A stretch of 26,437 bases of DNA from a virus. Lineage: Duplodnaviria; Caudoviricetes. The position numbers and the translations under genes were made by a program. The stretch lies in the IMG/VR virus record IMGVR_UViG_3300020280_000012, positions 1 through 26,437 of that record. One strand, 5' to 3'. The notes under the pieces are model-generated. The model searched no databases. It was not told where the DNA came from and saw nothing but the letters and a program-made list of their open reading frames with translations. The stretch's first letter is position 1. Every line of letters begins with the position of its first letter. Positions 5,269-16,900 of this stretch are shown one piece after another.

Positions 5269-5430
5269 ATGACTCCAAATCACGATTTTTTAGACAATTT
5301 AGCTAATGATCAGCATCAAAAAATGCTTCGTGAGATCGCAAATGATGATTTGACGCCAAAAAAACGCGATAAAAAGAAAGAAACTGAGATTTTTGAGAAT
5401 CAGACCAATCCTGAACCTCTTTACGAGTGA
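5269..5430 (+). CDS. Hypothetical protein, 53 aa (not in ORF track)
   Basis: MTPNHDFLDNLANDQHQKMLREIANDDLTPKKRDKKKETEIFENQTNPEPLYE*; fills the gap before the late promoter. Confidence 0.7.
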   Translation: MTPNHDFLDNLANDQHQKMLREIANDDLTPKKRDKKKETEIFENQTNPEPLYE

Positions 5431-5448
5431 AAAATACTTAAAATCCTT

Positions 5449-5456
5449 GATAAATA
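5449..5456 (+). promoter_or_regulatory. T4-like late promoter (NATAAATA) for the baseplate genes
   Basis: GATAAATA 21 nt upstream of the gp25 start codon. Confidence 0.75.
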
Positions 5457-5477
5457 ATACATAATTGCCGTATTGTT

Positions 5478-5879
5478 GTGCCTTTAGAAAGGGTAAGTCA
5501 AGGATTTAAGGATATTAGTATGACTTTTCAGAGTAATCCTCTGACAAAGGACTTGATTGCCTTAAAAAATGAAAATGCAATCGCTAGATCAGTAAAAAAT
5601 ATCGTATTTACGAATCCTGGAGAAAAATTTTTCAATCCAAGATTCGGATCTCGTATTACAAACTCACTTTTTGAGAATGCTGATGATTTAACAGCGATTG
5701 AAATCCAAACTCAGATAGAAGAATCTATTAACAGGAATGAACCTAGAGTTAGACTTACTTCTGTTGAGGCATTTGCTAATATAGATGGCAATGCATTCGA
5801 TGTTGTTATTACATATGACATTATAGGTGCTGATCTTCCACCACAACAATTAGAATTCGTATTGCAACCAACCAGGTAA
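5478..5879 (+). CDS. gp25: Baseplate wedge subunit, T4 gp25-like
   Basis: FKDISMTFQSNP, AIARSVKNIVFTNPGEKFFNPRFGS and EPRV motifs of the GPW/gp25 family; directly upstream of gp6; GTG start. Confidence 0.92.
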   Translation: MPLERVSQGFKDISMTFQSNPLTKDLIALKNENAIARSVKNIVFTNPGEKFFNPRFGSRITNSLFENADDLTAIEIQTQIEESINRNEPRVRLTSVEAFANIDGNAFDVVITYDIIGADLPPQQLEFVLQPTR

Positions 5880-5880
5880 A

Positions 5881-7953
5881 ATGCCACTAGTAAATTTTAC
5901 AAATCTAGACTTTGAGGACGTTAAAACAACACTCAAAGAATATTTAAAGTCAAATTCCAATTTTACGGACTATGACTTTGAAGGTTCTAACTTATCTACT
6001 ATTCTAGATGTATTAGCATATAATACGTATATTACTTCGTATAATGCTAACATGGTAGCGAACGAAGTTTTTATTGATACGGCGACTTTAAGAGAGAATG
6101 TAATAGCACTTGCAAGAAATATTGGATATACTCCTAGATCAAGGAAAGCATCAGTATCTGCAGTATCATTTTTTGTTGATACAACTAACATAACACCTAA
6201 ACCAGCGTCCCTAACGCTCCGTAAGGGGACCGTAGCAGCGTCTACAGGAGCGTTTGGTGGCAGTTCTAGTGCATTCTGCATCTTAGATGATATAACGGTT
6301 CCTGTGGTCAATGGCATCGCATCTTTTGATAGTATCACAGTATATGAAGGTGCTGTTCTAGAAAAGAATTTTACATATAGTGCTAGAAATCCCCAACAGA
6401 AGTTTATTTTACCAAATGTGGGGATTGACACCGACTTGATCAGAGTATCAGTCAAAAACAATTCTGCATCTACTGCATCAGTGAAGTATGCAATGCAGGA
6501 TAGTTTGTTTAATATCAATTCAGACTCGAAAGTATTCTTCTTACAAGAAGTAACAGATGAAAGATATGAGATATTCTTTGGTGATGGTATTTTTGGTAAA
6601 AAATTAGATGACCAGAACTATATCACTGTCAGTTACCTTACATGCAACGGAGACTCTGGTAACGGATACTCTCAATTTGCTTTTAACGGAAGAATTACAT
6701 ATACGAGAGATGGATCCGAACATACTGTCACGGAAGGAATATCATTCTTAACACCAGAGTACACTTCTAGAGGTGGTTCTGCAATTGAAGCAGTAGAGGC
6801 AGTCAGAAAGTATGCACCAAAAGTTTATTCTACTCAGAATCGTGCAGTAACCGCAGATGATTATGAAACTTTGGTTCCATCAAAGATATATCCCGATACT
6901 GAGTCTATTTCAGTATTTGGTGGAGAAGATTTAATTCCTCCTCAGTACGGTAAAGTCTTTATTAGTATTAAACCAAAATTTGGCGACTTCTTACCTAACT
7001 TAATTAAGGATAATATTAAATTAAAACTCAAAAAATATGCAGTTGCAGGTATTGTACCTGAAATCTTAGATCTTAAGTATCTGTATATTGAGATTAGTTC
7101 TAGAATTTATTATAACACAAATTTAGCGCCATCTGCTGCTGATGTATCATCAATGATATCAAATAATGCAGGAAAATACGCTAATTCTACTGAATTAAAT
7201 AAGTATGGGGCTAGATTTAAGTATAGTAAATTCTTAAAGATAGTTGATGATAGTCATGAGTCTGTCACATCTAACATTACTATTGTTAAGATGAGAAGAG
7301 ACTTAAGAGTTGTACCAAATACGATTGCCGAATACCAAATTGGATTTGGAAATCAATTTTATGTTAGAAACTCTGCTGGATATAATATAAAGTCTTCTGC
7401 ATTTAGAGTCTCTGGAATAAATGAAAATGTTTACTTAGGAGACATTCCCAATTCCAATGGAACTACGGGTTCATTATTCTTCTTTACTGTTCCTAATGTT
7501 GGATCACAAACTCCAACAGTCATAAGATCTAATGTAGGCAGTATTGACTATGTAAATGGAATTGTGACTATCAATGCAGTCAATATCATTGCTGGTATGG
7601 AAAAAGATGGTCAACAGATCATAGAAGTACAGGCAACCCCATTATCAAATGATGTTGTCGGATTACAGGACCTTTATTTGCAACTAGATACTAGTAATAG
7701 TACGTTTGAAATGGTATCAGACGAAATCGCATCCGGACTTGATCCATCAGCATCAAGTTATATCGTATCTTCTTCCTATGCAGAAGGTAATTTGGTTCGT
7801 GTCGGTGGACCCGAAAATGTAGAAGTCGCTCAGACTACTGCAAACCTCGGAACAACCAATACTTCATTCACAGGAACGACTACAGGATCAACTACAGCAT
7901 CTTCTGGTGGATCCTCAACACCTTCGGGATCAGGTTCAGGCAGCGGTTATTAA
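5881..7953 (+). CDS. gp6: Baseplate wedge subunit, T4 gp6-like, 690 aa
   Basis: LDFEDVKTTLKEYL, FTDYDFEGSNLSTILDVLAYNTY, FIDTATLRENV, YEIFFGDG and QNRAVTADDY are hallmark gp6 motifs. Confidence 0.95.
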   Translation: MPLVNFTNLDFEDVKTTLKEYLKSNSNFTDYDFEGSNLSTILDVLAYNTYITSYNANMVANEVFIDTATLRENVIALARNIGYTPRSRKASVSAVSFFVDTTNITPKPASLTLRKGTVAASTGAFGGSSSAFCILDDITVPVVNGIASFDSITVYEGAVLEKNFTYSARNPQQKFILPNVGIDTDLIRVSVKNNSASTASVKYAMQDSLFNINSDSKVFFLQEVTDERYEIFFGDGIFGKKLDDQNYITVSYLTCNGDSGNGYSQFAFNGRITYTRDGSEHTVTEGISFLTPEYTSRGGSAIEAVEAVRKYAPKVYSTQNRAVTADDYETLVPSKIYPDTESISVFGGEDLIPPQYGKVFISIKPKFGDFLPNLIKDNIKLKLKKYAVAGIVPEILDLKYLYIEISSRIYYNTNLAPSAADVSSMISNNAGKYANSTELNKYGARFKYSKFLKIVDDSHESVTSNITIVKMRRDLRVVPNTIAEYQIGFGNQFYVRNSAGYNIKSSAFRVSGINENVYLGDIPNSNGTTGSLFFFTVPNVGSQTPTVIRSNVGSIDYVNGIVTINAVNIIAGMEKDGQQIIEVQATPLSNDVVGLQDLYLQLDTSNSTFEMVSDEIASGLDPSASSYIVSSSYAEGNLVRVGGPENVEVAQTTANLGTTNTSFTGTTTGSTTASSGGSSTPSGSGSGSGY

Positions 7954-7970
7954 TTTAGAGATATACAAAA

Positions 7971-10900
7971 ATGGCAGAAACAAGAATTAAGTTTAGCAGC
8001 ATCGTAAAGAACCAACTCCCAACTTATGTGGAGAATGAGTTCCCTCTTATCTCTGAATTCTTAAAACAGTATTATATTGGGCAGGAATATAAAAGCGGTC
8101 CTGTTGATCTGATTCAGAATATCGATCAATACGTAAAACTTGACGAACAAACTTCAATAAATCATGAAATTGTTCTAAATGGTGATATTGATGAGTTTGC
8201 TACGACAATTAATGTTGATATTGGAGCATCTCCAAGAGGAACAGAGTTATTTCCTAGTTCTTATGGACTTTTAAAGATCGGTGATGAGGTAATTTCATAT
8301 ACTGGTAAGACAAATACCTCATTTACTGGATGTATTAGAGGTTTTAGTGGAATAACTTCATATAAATCGGACGAAAATCCAGGGGAACTTGTCTTTAGTT
8401 CTACTTCTGCTGCTGATCATAAGTCCGGAGCATCCATTGAGAACTTAACTTGCCTATTTTTAAAAGAATTTTTAAATAAAACAAAAATACAACTGCTTCC
8501 AGGGTTATCTGAGAGAACTTTATCTTCAGATCTAAATCAGAATATCTTCATAAAGCAGTCAAAAGACTTTTACACCAGTAAAGGAACCGATGAGTCTTAC
8601 AAAATCTTATTTAAGGCTCTTTATAGTGTAGATGTTGAAGTAATAAAACCAAGAGATAATCTTTTTACTCCATCGAATGCTAAAAACTTAGTAACTTCTA
8701 ACTTTTTAGTAGAACCTATTAATGGTGATCCATCCAATGTAGAAAGTAGAACTATATTTCAAGGCGATAATGATGAAACTTACACCTCAATCTATGATGT
8801 AGAGAAAGTATCTGCTGGAGTTGGGAGAACCTTCTACAGACTTGCATATGATGATGGATATAATAGAGATGCTAGAGCTTTAGGTTCTACTGTTGGAACA
8901 TTTAAGATTGCACCCAAAACTCACGTAATTGGAAATGTATCCGCAGGATCTACATTTATTGACGTTGATTCTACGGTAGGGTTTCCAAATTCTGGAGAAA
9001 TCTATGTAAGATATCCAAATGGAGTATCTGCTACCGTTGGTATTGTATCATATACATCTAAAACATTAAATCAATTTTTAGGATGTACTAATATCAAAGA
9101 AGATATGGTGGATGGTGATTTTGTCACCACTCAAAACTTCGCAACTGTAAAACCAGATCAGGTTCCATCTGGAGATGAAATTAATGTTCGTATTACTCCA
9201 GTATTGTCTGGATTCTCGAAGCAGGATAGTATATTTGATTATAAAACAGGAGATGCCTTTAAGATAAAAACTCTTGGAATTGAAGATGACACCTTTAAAT
9301 TTAGAAATTGGTTGTACAACAACTCAGTTAAGTATTCAATTAGTGAGATTGAGTTAATTGATAATGTTTCTCCACGAGTTTATAGATTAACCTTAACCAA
9401 GGATAATTACTTGTTACTCGGAGATATTGTAACTATTACTTCTGCATCTGGACAAGAATCATTCTCTGCAGATGTTTCTGATATCATTTCTTCCAAGGTT
9501 GTAACAATTAAAACTGCAGGAACCCTCACAATTGGGGCAGACTATACCTTAATGAAGAATTTGAGAAAGGCAAAGTCTTCTCCATTCCCTCAAATCAATA
9601 AGTTTCACGCCAACATTCAAAATGTTTATAAAAAACAATATGGAGATTCACTTTTAGTCGCAGCAAACTCTTTACCATCTTATCAAGATCGTCCTCTTGT
9701 AGCAACAAAGTCTTCTAAGGTATTCAGTGGTACATTTCTTGGAGAAACTTTAAATATCACCAATCATGGTTTTTATAGTGGAGATGCTGTCTATTATACT
9801 CCACAAAAAGTAGTAAACACTATTGCTGCGGGTGATGGAGAAACTGTAGAAGAAACTACTATCACATCCTCACTGTTTGGAGGAGAAACTGGCGGTGAAG
9901 GAGTATATTATGTACAAAGAATCGATCATGATAATATTAAATTAGGAAAATCTCCTGCAAATTTGTATTCTTCTCAATTTGTTAGTATTGAGACTGCTAC
10001 AACTGTCACTGATAATATTTTAGATCAGTATGATTTAAGATTAAAGAGTTTAGAACCCCAAAAACTCTATAGAGAGATTTCTACACCAATTAATACTAAT
10101 GTAGAAGTAGAAACAAAACCCGGTGCTACTGGTATATTAGTTAATGGCGTTGAGATTTTAAATTATAAGTCAAAAGACATTATCCATGCAGGCAAAGTAG
10201 AAAGTGTTCAAGTAACTGCTCCAGGTAATGGTTTTGATGTTATTAATCCGCCAAAACTTAGTATAAGCGATCCTGTTGGAACTGGTGCTACTGGTTTCCT
10301 TGCAATTAATGGAAGTTTGAGAGAACTTCAAATTCTTGAGAGAGGATTTGATTTTACCGAAGTTCCTACTGTATCGATAAATGGTGGAAATGGGCAAAAT
10401 GCCAAAGCGTTAGTAAATACAAAGTTAATTTCACACTCCGCAGAATTTTTCTCTGATCCTCAGTCCGATAGAGTTAAGTTGGGCGCAAATTTATCAACAA
10501 TTGGGTTCTCAACATACCATAAGTTTAGAAATGGAGAAGAATTGGTCTACAAGACTGATTCTCAGCAAGGAGTTGGTGGACTTTCTACAAATGCAACTTA
10601 TTTTGCAGAAGTTATTGATGCAACAACCATTAAACTGCATGATACCATTGGAAATGCAGTTGCTGGTATCAATACAGTAACATTATCCTTCTATGGCATT
10701 GGAAAGCACAGACTTGAGTGTTCCAACAAGAAATTAGTTGTAGATTCTGTCAATGTTGTTGATAGTGGATCTGGATATGAAAATAAAAAGAGATCTGTTA
10801 TTTCTTCTGGAATCAACACCTCATCAAATAGCATTTTAATCGTCGATCATGACTATAAGTCTGGAGAAATCGTAAAATATTCTGCAGGTTCATCTGCATC

Positions 10901-13900
10901 TGGTGGATTAACTGACGCAACTGAATATTATGTAACTGTTGTTGATAATGATGAGTTTAAGTTATCAGAATGCGGTCCAACAGATGATAAGGCATTCTTC
11001 TATAGAACAAAACAGTATGTTGATATAACCAGCACTGGTACTGGAACACATCACTTTAATTACCCTCCAATTACGGTTTCTGTTAAAGGATCTGTCGGCA
11101 TTGCAACTGTAACTGGAATAGAAAAGAGTGCATATGAAGCTACTGTTCAACCTATATTCAGAGGTGAAGTAACTTCTGTACACTTATCAGACAATGGTTC
11201 TGACTATGGAACTAATGAAGTTCTTAACTTTAATAAAACTCCAGATGTTTCTATTATTTCTGGACAAAATGGACAAGTCACTCCAATAGTTTCTGCAGAT
11301 GGAAGAATACTTGAGGTAATTATTGAAAATATTGGATCAAGATACACATCAATTCCAAACTTAAATATTATTTCTTCCTCTGGAATTGGTTGTGTTTTAA
11401 CACCAATTATCGAAAATGAAAGACTCAAAGAAATTAGAGTAATCGAATCAGGATCTGGTTATGTTTCTGGAGATGTATCCATCGAAGTAGTTGCAACTGA
11501 AAGGGAAGCAGAGTTTCTTCCCAAACTACAAACCTGGAGGGTTAATTTATTTGAAAAGGCATATGATAACAACATTATTAGAGACGATGATGTAATTATA
11601 CAAAAATCACTTAATGATAATTTTGGATTGCAGTGTTATGCTCTCTATGCTCCTAGAGCACTGAGACAAATGGTTTATTCTGTAGATAGCACTGGAAATA
11701 CTCTTTATGGAAAATCTGATCTAAAACTAGTCAGTTCTCAAGAAGCCATATTTACTGACCATTCTCCTATTATTGGATGGGCATATGATGGAAATCCCAT
11801 TTATGGACCATACGGATATTCTAAGATAGATGGTGGAGTAGTTACTCTTATGAAGAGTAGTTACAAACTAAATTCTTCCCGTGTGGGTGGTCCACCTACA
11901 TCAATATTCCCACTGGGATTTTTTGTAGAGGATTACACTTACTGTGAGTCATCAGAAGATGATTATCTTGATGAAAACAATGGAAGATTTTGCATAACAC
12001 CAGATTATCCAAATGGAACTTATGCTTACTTTACTACAATCAATAGTAATACTGTAGAATCTTCCGGTGCGTTTAGAAATTATAGATTACCAACCTTCCC
12101 ATACGTTTTGGGAGACAAATATTATTCTACTCCAAATGAATTTAACTTCAAGACATCATCTAATCAAGATGATTATGATGTGGCAGATAATAAGTGGTGC
12201 AGAAATACATTACCATATAATCTCAGAGAGACTGGAGTAGATAATCCATATATTTACTCTCCAGACGATTTATCTCAGACCGGAGAAATTGTATCTACTA
12301 ATAGAGGAATAATTGAGAAAATTGATGTAACCTCATCTGGAGATAATTACAAAGTTGGCGATACTTTAAATTTCTCAGATACAGATCCAACTGGATTTGG
12401 AGCTGCTGGCAAAGTTTCTAGATTAAAAGGTAGAGAGATTACTAATCTTACCACTTCTACTATAGAACTACAGAATGTGGAAATCATTCCATCAACCAGA
12501 AAAGGATCTTATGTTGTAGAATCTACTAATCCTAGTAATATTGTAGGACTTGATATTATTACTGTTAGTGGGGTTTCTACAACATCCTCTAAGATTGAGG
12601 GTGACTATGTTGTTGGAGTCTCAAGTGAGAAGTTTGCATTAGTAGGATTAGGAACAACTGGAGTTGCTGTTGGAAATACAAGTGTAACTGGTTTGGTCAC
12701 TTTCTTTAATGTTGACGCAAATTTAGTTAATTCTAGTATTGTACCGAATGATGTTCTTGGTATTGGAACTGAAAAAGTAAAAGTTCTGAATATAGATGTA
12801 AAGAATTCTAGATTTAGAGTTCTGAGATCCGTAAATGGAACTGTCGGATCTAGTCATACTGTGGGGTCTATTATAACTGAAGATCCAAGAAGATTTACAA
12901 TCAATGCTGGATTTAAGACAACCTACAATTTTAGAAAAAATAAAGAACTATATTTTGAACCATCTGAAACAGTTGGTCTCGGAACAGTTCCTGTGGGCAT
13001 TGGATCAATACTTCAGTTTAGTTCTTTTGGACTTAATACTATTGGACTTGGAACAACTTTTGGTTCCAGCACTCTTGCAGTACCCATTAAGTCACTGTAT
13101 CTCAAAAACCACAATCTGAAGACAGGAGATATTGTAACATATTCCTCAAATGGTGGAGAAGGTCTCGTCTATAATGAATTTGGTAACATTGGTCTTGCTA
13201 AGACTTTATCTGATGGGCAACAACTTTTTGTCGCAAGAATCTCAAATGATTTAATCGGTATTGCAACTCAAAGAGTTGGACTCGGATCTACCGGAGGATT
13301 TGATGGAGTTGGTAACTCTTCCAAGACATTATTCTTCACTGAAGTCGGTGTCGGTAATAGTCATAGTTTAAAAACCAATTATACTAATATTACCGGTGAT
13401 ATTACAAAGAGAACGGTAACTGCAACTACCAGTGTTAATCATGGTATTAAGGCAGGGCATTTTGTTGACCTTGACGTAAATCCATCTTTTGCCACAACTT
13501 ATAAAGTTAAGTATAATGATACTCACAGAAGAGTATTAGTTGGAATTGAGACCTTTAGTGCCGTTGGAGTCAACAGCACAACAAATACAATTAGTATTGT
13601 TGGTCATGGATATGAAAGTGGAGATAAAGTTATTCATAGTTCTACTTCTCCATGTGGAGGATTGGATAATGATAAAATTTACTACATTGTAAGAGTTGAT
13701 GATGATAATATCAAGTTATCAAATACTTACTATGATTCCACTAACATTAAACCAGGTGTTGTTGGAATTACCAGCACATCATTTGGAGAATTTGGATTAA
13801 TAAATCCACACATCGATGCATATAGAAGTTCTACACTAAACTTTGATTTGTCAGACGCAACTTTAGCACATACGTCTCAGTCTACTCAATACTCTGCGTT

Positions 13901-16900
13901 TAAACTTAATTTTTACTTAGATTCTTCTTGCACTAAACTTTGGGAAACTGATCAATCATCTTCCAAGTTCTCAGTATCAAGATCTGGGCAACCAGGAATA
14001 TCTACAGATGCTAAGACAGTAGTTTCTATTGGAAACACCACTCCAGATACACTTTACTATAAGTTTGATCCAATTTCCGATGTAGTATTACCAAAAGAGA
14101 AAACTGAAATATTATCAGATACCGAAGTTTTGCAAAATAACACTATCATCTGTAGAAGTAGTGTTTACAATGGTAATAGAAGAGTTTCTATTGCTGGAAC
14201 CAACTTCTTTACATTTGAGCTAGCAGAAGTTCCAGAAGCAAATTCATACGTATCAACTTCTTCTAGCATTACTTACACAACAGATTGCACTCACACAACT
14301 GGTCCAATCTCTACCGTAGATGTAACTAGTGCAGGTAAAAACTATACCACTTTGCCTTCGATTCTTTCTATCAATAGTGTTCAAGGAGTTAATGCTGATT
14401 TAGTTGCTTCTAGTAAAAATATTGGCACAATTGAAAAAGTAAAACTCAATGATATTGGATATGATTTCCCATCTGATGCAACTCTAAAACCAAGTGCATC
14501 TTTACCACAAATTATTAATGTTGACACTTTTGCAAAAATTGACAATATTGAGATTACTTCTGGCGGAAGAGGTTATACATCTGCACCTGATTTGATTTTC
14601 TTTGACGGTAAAACCGGCAATCAAATCACAGATCTCGCAACTAAGTATTCTCTGGGTGATTCTAATGTCACTATTCTAAGTAATACTAGAGGAATTAACA
14701 ACTCTATCCCAACTGTTTTACCAATAAGAAACTCAAATGGTGTTGGAATTTCAACAGTTGGATTTAGTACAATAACGAATGATGTCACTGTAGAACTTTC
14801 CGTTGGATTTAGCGCCGCTGAAACTTTCCCATTTGTGGTTGGTGATAAAGTAATGATTGAGAATGTCAGTATTGCTGGTACTGATAAAGGATACAATTCC
14901 AAAGATTATGCATATAAACTATTCACTCTTACTGAAGTAACTCCAAATATTGGCGGACGTGGTAGCGTCAAATATAATCTGGCAGACGACCTTAAATCTG
15001 GTGAAGTTCCAGGAACCATTGATTTGATCAATTCTGCAGGAATGATTATTCCTGAGAAGTACTTCCCAACATTTGATATTGTAACAGAAACTAGTGATTA
15101 TCTCCCTGGAGAGACTGTTGTAACGAACGGGAAAGAGGGTGTTGTCCAAAGTTGGGATAGAGAGACCAAGACAGTTAGAGTTCTATCAAGTGATGCATTT
15201 GTAGGTGGAGAAGTTATAAAGGGACTCACTTCAGAAGTTGCTGGAGCAGCATCTAAAGTAACTTCATATGAGTCCTATTTTGAGACAAATGTTTCTTCTC
15301 AGATATTCAGTGGAAATCAAACTGGTTCTGGATTTATCAATGATAATTTGCAGAGACTTCAAGACAATTTCTACTATCAGAACTTCTCATACTCTCTGAA
15401 GAGCACCATTCCTTTTGATACCTGGAAAGACGCTGTTTCCTCTACAAATCATACTTTAGGATTCAAGAAGTTTGGAGATTTGCAAGTAGAATCTGCAAGT
15501 CCAAGTATGGTTGTAGGTTTGAGTACAGACTTAACTGATGTTACTGTTGTAAGTAGTCTGGATGGATTCGTAGACACCAATTGTGTATTTGACTTTGATA
15601 TTGCTACAGAAAATAATCTAAACTTTAGTGATGGAAATAATATTCTTTCTAATGAAATTATTTTAAATAATAAAATTCTGACTGATTTTACAGAGTCATC
15701 TGGAAACAGAGTGTTGTCAGTTGATGATCTCGGTCCCCAATTTAATAGTAATCCAAGAGCAACTGCATTTACTACTCTCAACACATTTAAGTTGAGTGAC
15801 TTTAGATTTAGAAAGTATTTTACTTATCTGAGAGATAAGAGATTTACTCAAGAAAGACAAGCAATGATTGTCGATCTTATTCATGATGGATCATTTGGTT
15901 ATATTAATCAGTATGCTAGAGTCGAAACGGTATATGATCAAGGATCATTTGATTTTGCTATCAGTGGAACAGAGGGAGAGTTGAGATTCTTCCCAACTAA
16001 ATCTTCTGTTAATGACTATGATATTACCACACTTTCATACAACCTAAATGATAACTTCCTCAGCACTGGTTCTACTGCGATCGGTGGAGTTCTGATAGAT
16101 TCAGACAGTACAATTGTTACTTCCGGATCTCCCGCAACTATTGTTAGTATTGGTAATACATATCACTCCCTTAAGGTTCTTGTTGAGATTGCTCCTGATG
16201 TCACTAATCCATCTTATGGAAATACTGCAACCTTTAACTCAAGTGAGTTTGAAGCACAGGAACTCAATATAGTACACGATGGTTCAGACGTTTCTATTCT
16301 CGAATATGGTAAGTTGACCACAAATTCTGGAGCATTCTCTGCTGTTGGATTTGGAACTTATACTGCATATCTAGACGGATCAAATATAAAAGTGGACTTC
16401 AATCCATCGTCTGGAATCGGAACAAATGCGGTTGTCAATACAGTTATTGTTGGATTATCATCCATAACTTCTGGCATCTCCACATTGGATATGAAACATG
16501 CCAGACTGCAATCTACAATGACTGACATTGCATCATCCGGATCACCAACCGAGAATGTTGTTGCAGAATATCCAAGTCATATTTCTACTCAAGAAGATAG
16601 ATATGATGCTGGATATTTCATGATTCAGGTTCATGATACCACAAATGATCGCTACGAATTCTTAGAATATTTCATTGTAGATGATCATATCGAAGGAGAA
16701 TCGACTGGAGAGACCTTTGATACTGAGTTTGCAAATATTCAGACTCACTCTGGTCTTGGAACTTTTGGTTGTAAAGTCATCGCAAATGCAGTGGGTCTTG
16801 CAGCAACAACTCAAGTTCTGTTTACTCCAATTTCGGGAATTGATGCAACAGTTCATGTTTACACTAATGCTCTCAGAATCGAAGATGATAATAAGGATGT

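Noticed and set aside
5073-5306. 77-aa + strand alternative-frame ORF (similar cases: 3826..4026, 12904..13119, 16681..16926, 18763..19050, 19591..19818)
   Set aside because: These are out-of-frame overlaps within longer genes and have no independent support.
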